Assembly (NCBI GenBank): GCA_033442325.1
Contig: JAWQFM010000003.1
Location: 2,667,657 to 2,731,540, forward strand
Reading direction: 5' to 3'
DNA length: 63,884 bases
Source of the DNA: Salpingoeca rosetta
Taxonomy: Eukaryota; Protista; Choanoflagellata
Shown here: piece by piece, positions 51,521 through 63,884 of the stretch
Position numbering within the stretch: position 1 is the first letter of the stretch
How the letters are laid out: each line of letters starts with the position of its first letter
The notes under the pieces: generated by a model
Databases searched by the model: none
What the model was told of the DNA's origin: nothing
The model's input: the letters and a program-made list of their open reading frames with translations, nothing else
Program-made: the position numbers and the translations under genes

Positions 51521-53074
51521 TGTTGCTGTTGTTGTTGTTGCTGTTGTTGCTGTTGTGGTTGTGGCTGTTGTTCACCGGCGTCATCCTGCGGTTGCTGTTG
51601 CATGTCCCTCCGTTCGTCCTCCACCGGCCGTGTCATCTCTCTCGCTGCAGTTGCATTTGCCGTTGCTGCGGTTGTTGTCGCTGTCGTCGGTGGTCGCTGT
51701 TCTGGCTCCTCCCAGCCCTCCGGCACCATCATGACCTCCACCACAGGTGCTTCTCCTTCGCCGACACCGGCGGGGTAGACTGGCTCGTACGGCTGAACCT
51801 TGCTCTGGTATTCCTCCTCATGATGGTGGTGACGACGACGACGATGCTGCTGTTGCTGTTGTTGCTGCTGCGGCTGATGCTGCTGTTGCTGTTGTTGCTG
51901 CTGCAGCTGCTGGTGGTGGCGGCTGCCATGCCCACCATCATGGTCGTAGCGTCGGTGCGGCCTACCCTTATGGCTAGGCTTGTGCCTGTGCTTGTGTGAC
52001 TTGTGTGACTCGTGTGTGTTGTAGTGTTGTGCGGTCGTGACAGCGTGGGCCTGTGCCACATGCTCCTGGCGCAGTCGGGACGCGCGCGTGGTGCGATATG
52101 CTGGCAACACGCCGTCAAAGGGTGATGGCGTTTGCGTGTGACTCACGCCCGCGTATGCTTGATCATACGCGCGCGCGTGCGCGGGTACGCGGGTAAGCTG
52201 GTGCCCTCGACCCATCACGGCGCGTTTTCGCGTTGGGGAGATGTGACGTCTTGCATGTTTTGGCACGTGTGCTCCAACACGCTTGGCAGCGCCGATACGA
52301 CGGTGACCAGTTCGGGTGCTGTCGTCCTGCTGCTGCAGCTGAGGTGGTGGCGGAGATGCTGGTGGCGATGACGGCGAGGACGATGACGATGATGGTGGCG
52401 ACGAGGACCAGTCTGACCGCACGTGAGGTGGAGTGGACACGTCAATGCCGGCAGCCTTGAGTGCCGCCTCCGCATACAGGCGGCGGAGGGCCACGTCCAC
52501 CTCCTTTGCCAGTGCAGATCGCGACGCAATGGATGGGGCGGCTCCACCAACGTGCCCGCTGCTGCCATCGTCTGCGCTGCTGCGGTTGCGTGCGTGTACA
52601 GCGTAGTCTGCGCCTGCCAGCTGCATGGTGGCCAGGTGCTGTTCGAGGTCCTGTCGCGATGCGAGCACGCGTTGCAGCGTGACCTCCGCTCGCCGCAGGG
52701 AGTCTGCCTCATTGCCGTTCTCCGTGTGCGCACCGCGGGTGGGTTGTGTGGTGTCGACTGCCGGCTTGGCCTGCGTTGTTGTCGTTGTCGTTGTCGTTGT
52801 CGTTGCTTGGGGTGGCGCTGTGTGTCGCAACTTGCTGCGGCCGGTGAAGGGGGTTGAGGTTGGCGCCGTAGCGGCTGCTGTGGACATGGCTGACGCTGTA
52901 GCTGCTCCAGTAACTGGGCTCGGCGTTGAGGCGGTGTGCTCGTGGGATGGCTGCTGTGCACGCATATATCGGTCAAGAGGGGTCGAGGTCTGCGGGTACA
53001 AACACGCAAGCAGCTTGTCTTTTTCCCTCTTGGCCGTATATTCCTGCATGCCTTCCCTCGCCGACTTTGCGTCC

Positions 53075-53150
<76 letters not shown>

Positions 53151-53529
53151 TGTGTGAATGTGTGTGTGTGTGTGTGTGTGAAAGTGTGTGTGTGTGTGTG
53201 TGTGTGTGAAAGTGTGTGTGTGTGTGTGTTAAAAAATTGTTCGCAGGAGTAAAGGTAGGCTCTACACTGCAATGGGAAGCGCAAGAGACATCCAAAGCAA
53301 ACGCGTGCGAATCAAGTGTACTTATGTTAAACAAACCTGGAGCAGCTTTGCGACTGCGTCTTGGACTTGGTTAAGTTTCTTGGACACGTTGGCGGCATTG
53401 GGGACGAGCTGTTGTGTGGCTGACGCAGCAGTCGCACCAGCAGGGCAGTGGCAAGCAGCGGGGCCGTTGCTGCATATGCTGCCGTGGTGGTGGCGGTGAT
53501 GGCGGTGGTGCTGACGCTGGTGAGGGTAG

Positions 53530-53567
<38 letters not shown>

Positions 53568-54113
53568 GTGCTGACGCTGTTGGGCGTTGGAGCCAGCGGC
53601 TGTGGGCTTGTTTGGTTGGTTGGCGTTGTTGGGCTTGGTGTTTCGCCGGGTTTGGGCGTCCAGATACTTGAGGATTTCATATTGGGACTGGGCGAGCGCC
53701 TTTTGCTCGGCTTGCATCTCGCGCAGCGAGCGCACAATGTCGCGGTCGGCATTGCGCATTCGCGGCACCAGCACTTTCCCCACAGGTGCACCCGCTCGCC
53801 GGCTGAAGTGGTGTGAGATGTGACGTGATGTGATGTGACACAATAGGCGATGGGGAGTGAGGGAAGGTGGCATGCAGGAGGGCACGCGCAAGCAGAAAAG
53901 CAGGACGGGAGGGGGAAAACAGTCGCAACAAAGAAATCGACACAAACACAAACACAAACACAAACGCATACACGCACGCGCGCACCACCCTGCATGTGTT
54001 GTTGTTCACTCTGACCTTTGACGAAAGGATGTCTTGACAGCTGCATCGCGGTCACTGTTCGTAGCCAGCCGCTGCACAATCACATCCTCCTGTTGCCGAC
54101 CGCCGCCGTTCAT
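48676..54113 (-). CDS. Large low-complexity coiled-coil protein, possibly TALPID3 (KIAA0586)-like, 3 exons
   Basis: Exons at about 54113-54013, 53800-53337 and 53074-48676. Coiled-coil SLRRAEVTLQRVLASRQDLEQHLATM...ALAKEVDVALRRLYAEA recalls the TALPID3 conserved segment. The rest is polyQ/S/P-rich. Confidence 0.55.
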
Positions 54114-54252
54114 TTTGGCAGCAGTCGCGATTGGTCTGGTTGGTTGGTCGGTTGGCGGCTTGAAAATTTCAAACGCCAACTCAACACCATAAACTGTAGC
54201 GACCCCTTCGCGCCAAAACAGGACCACCACTGCTGCAACCAACAACGACGAT
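54114..54252. promoter_or_regulatory. Probable bidirectional promoter (139 nt between divergent ATGs)
   Basis: TALPID3-like ATG at 54113 (-) and MSH2 ATG at 54253 (+). Confidence 0.5.
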
Positions 54253-61852
<7,600 letters not shown>

Positions 61853-62333
61853 TTTCGCTTGCTTGCAAGCATGATGGCTGGTGGGTGCATGCGTGCTGGG
61901 GCATTGCAAGCTGTGTTTGGTGCAAGTGCCCAGAGTGTCTCTCGTGCCGCTTGCTGGTGGTTCTGTCGTTTTCTCGTTGGCCAACCGTGCAACGCCAACC
62001 GTGCAAGGATCAGTTCGTTTTGGCGTTTCGTCTATGTTCTTGTTAACCGCACACACTTTAGCAAATACAATGAAGCGAAATGCAATGTTGTTGCACGAAT
62101 AAGCAACGCTCGGCGCCAAACGCACGCTCTAACCAGAAGGCACAAAGCTTCCAATTCAAGGGATAACGCGAAAACACAGCGAGCGGAATCAGGGACACGC
62201 TCAGTGTGAGAATGTGGTCTGCGGGTGTGCATGAGAATGGGTGACGGGAAAGTTGGAGGAGGGAGGAGTAATGTAACACATAACGTTGGCACCAAATATA
62301 ACAACCTTGCTTGCAAAGATATAAGCGACACTG

Positions 62334-62456
62334 TCAAATCTCTGCTTCCCGCATCCAGCCTCCAATGTGCTGTGACGGCCGCGCATCCCCATCATCGTCG
62401 CCACCACCACCACCACCGTTGTTCACACCATTCCTGAGCCGCACCATCTCCAGCCC

Positions 62457-62545
<89 letters not shown>

Positions 62546-62897
62546 GCTGCTGCTGCTGCTGCTGCGCGGCCGCGGCAGCGGCATTTCCCTCCACCTCACC
62601 CGCACCGTCGTGGTCGTCGTTCTGCTGTGCAATGCGCACACGGTGCCTCACAGCCATCGCCATCGCCATTCCACCCGCCCGCACGTCCGCCACCACCTCA
62701 TCCCCATCACCTGCATCACCACCATGCTCCTCATCACCGCTATCATCGCCATCACCACCATCACCATCACCATCACCAGGTGCACCTGCGCCCCGTCTCG
62801 CCTCCCTCCGCACGCGCGCAATTCGCCGCCGCATCTCATCCCCGGCCGCCCTGCAGAATCAGTGGACACATGATGTGAGCGGGACGAGGTGATGTGC

Positions 62898-62975
<78 letters not shown>

Positions 62976-63813
62976 GTGTGTGTGTGTGTGCATGTGTGTG
63001 TGTGTGTGCACATGTGTGTGTGCGTGTGTCCCTCTCCTTCTCGCCCACGCTCTCGTTCAGGCCGTGGCGTGTCCTTCCTTTCCCGCGTCTGTGTTGCAAG
63101 CAAGTGCATGCAGGCACTGACCGAAACTCCTCGTCGCGTGCTTGTCGTGCGCTGTTTGTTCGCGCAAACGCCCATGAAAACCCGACGGCCACAAACACGC
63201 CCGCCAACACACACGCCTGTGACGCATGCGTTGCCGTAGCATCACATGCACAGCGTGGTGCAGCTGGTGAGCAAGAAGCCATTCACCCCACCCAAGTTGC
63301 ACACACACACATACACACATACATACACATACACACACATACACACACATACACACACATACACACACATACACACACATACACACACAGCGCATTCTTA
63401 GTCCACACGCGCACGCAAGCGACGTACGGGTCACAAACACACCAGGATGATGAGGAACACTTGCAGCGGCGTTGCCTTGAGGGCGGAGCTGTCAGAAGAA
63501 ACGGGGTCGACAGAGCACTCTGACGCGTTGTATCCTGGCAGAAGCAGCAGCAGATGCAGAACAGAGGAGATAGAGAGGGGAGCCAGGTTGCAAGAGTCAT
63601 GACTTTCTTTGGTGGTGATAGTTGATGGATGGGTGCATGTGTGAGTGCATTGGTGTGGGCGTCTGCACTCTTGAGAGCATGCAAGGTGCGCCGCTGGATG
63701 TTTTGAAGAGCTGACTCACTGTGGTACTGTTCTTTGAGCTGGTAATAGGTGGTATCGGGGCTGCTGCCATTCAGGAAGCGTGCACCTGCTCGCCGCGCAC
63801 ACTCGTGCGGTAT

Positions 63814-63814
<1 letters not shown>
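62334..63814 (-). CDS. 3' part of a single-pass membrane protein; gene continues beyond the window
   Basis: Spliced exons give ...[19 protein letters not shown]|[11 protein letters not shown]...PLQVFLIIL|[19 protein letters not shown] (TM helix after N-glycosylation sequons), then a G/D-rich and polyQ cytoplasmic tail with stop at 62334. Confidence 0.55.

Positions 63815-63884
<70 letters not shown>

Overview
GC-rich, intron-rich eukaryotic scaffold packed with (CA)n/(TG)n microsatellites and polyQ/low-complexity exons. The style and holozoan gene content suggest a choanoflagellate such as Salpingoeca rosetta (inference, not verified). Splicing GT-AG exons by hand gives about 13 genes in order: METTL17/Rsm22 (+), an orphan (+), site-2 protease MBTPS2 (-), a kinesin-3 motor with an afadin-type FHA-DIL tail (+), a Sec23/24-type Zn-finger + vWA (CPRAS1-like) protein with YxN motifs (-), a secreted mucin-like protein (+), a Golgi carbohydrate sulfotransferase (-), a 221-aa myomaker/TMEM8-like 7TM protein with degenerate catalytic residues (-), a giant 38-repeat IPT/TIG protein with a frameshift (+), a chromodomain protein (-), a TALPID3-like low-complexity protein (-), MSH2 (+) and the 3' end of a single-pass membrane protein (-). 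There are two assembly gaps. The best candidates for new biology are the myomaker-like pseudoenzyme inside an intron-poor cell-surface gene cluster (27-44 kb), the kinesin-3/afadin-DIL chimera, and the giant IPT array with an apparent 13-domain super-repeat. Most of the supplied six-frame ORFs are microsatellite or antisense artefacts. All homology calls come from motif recognition by eye; no searches were run.
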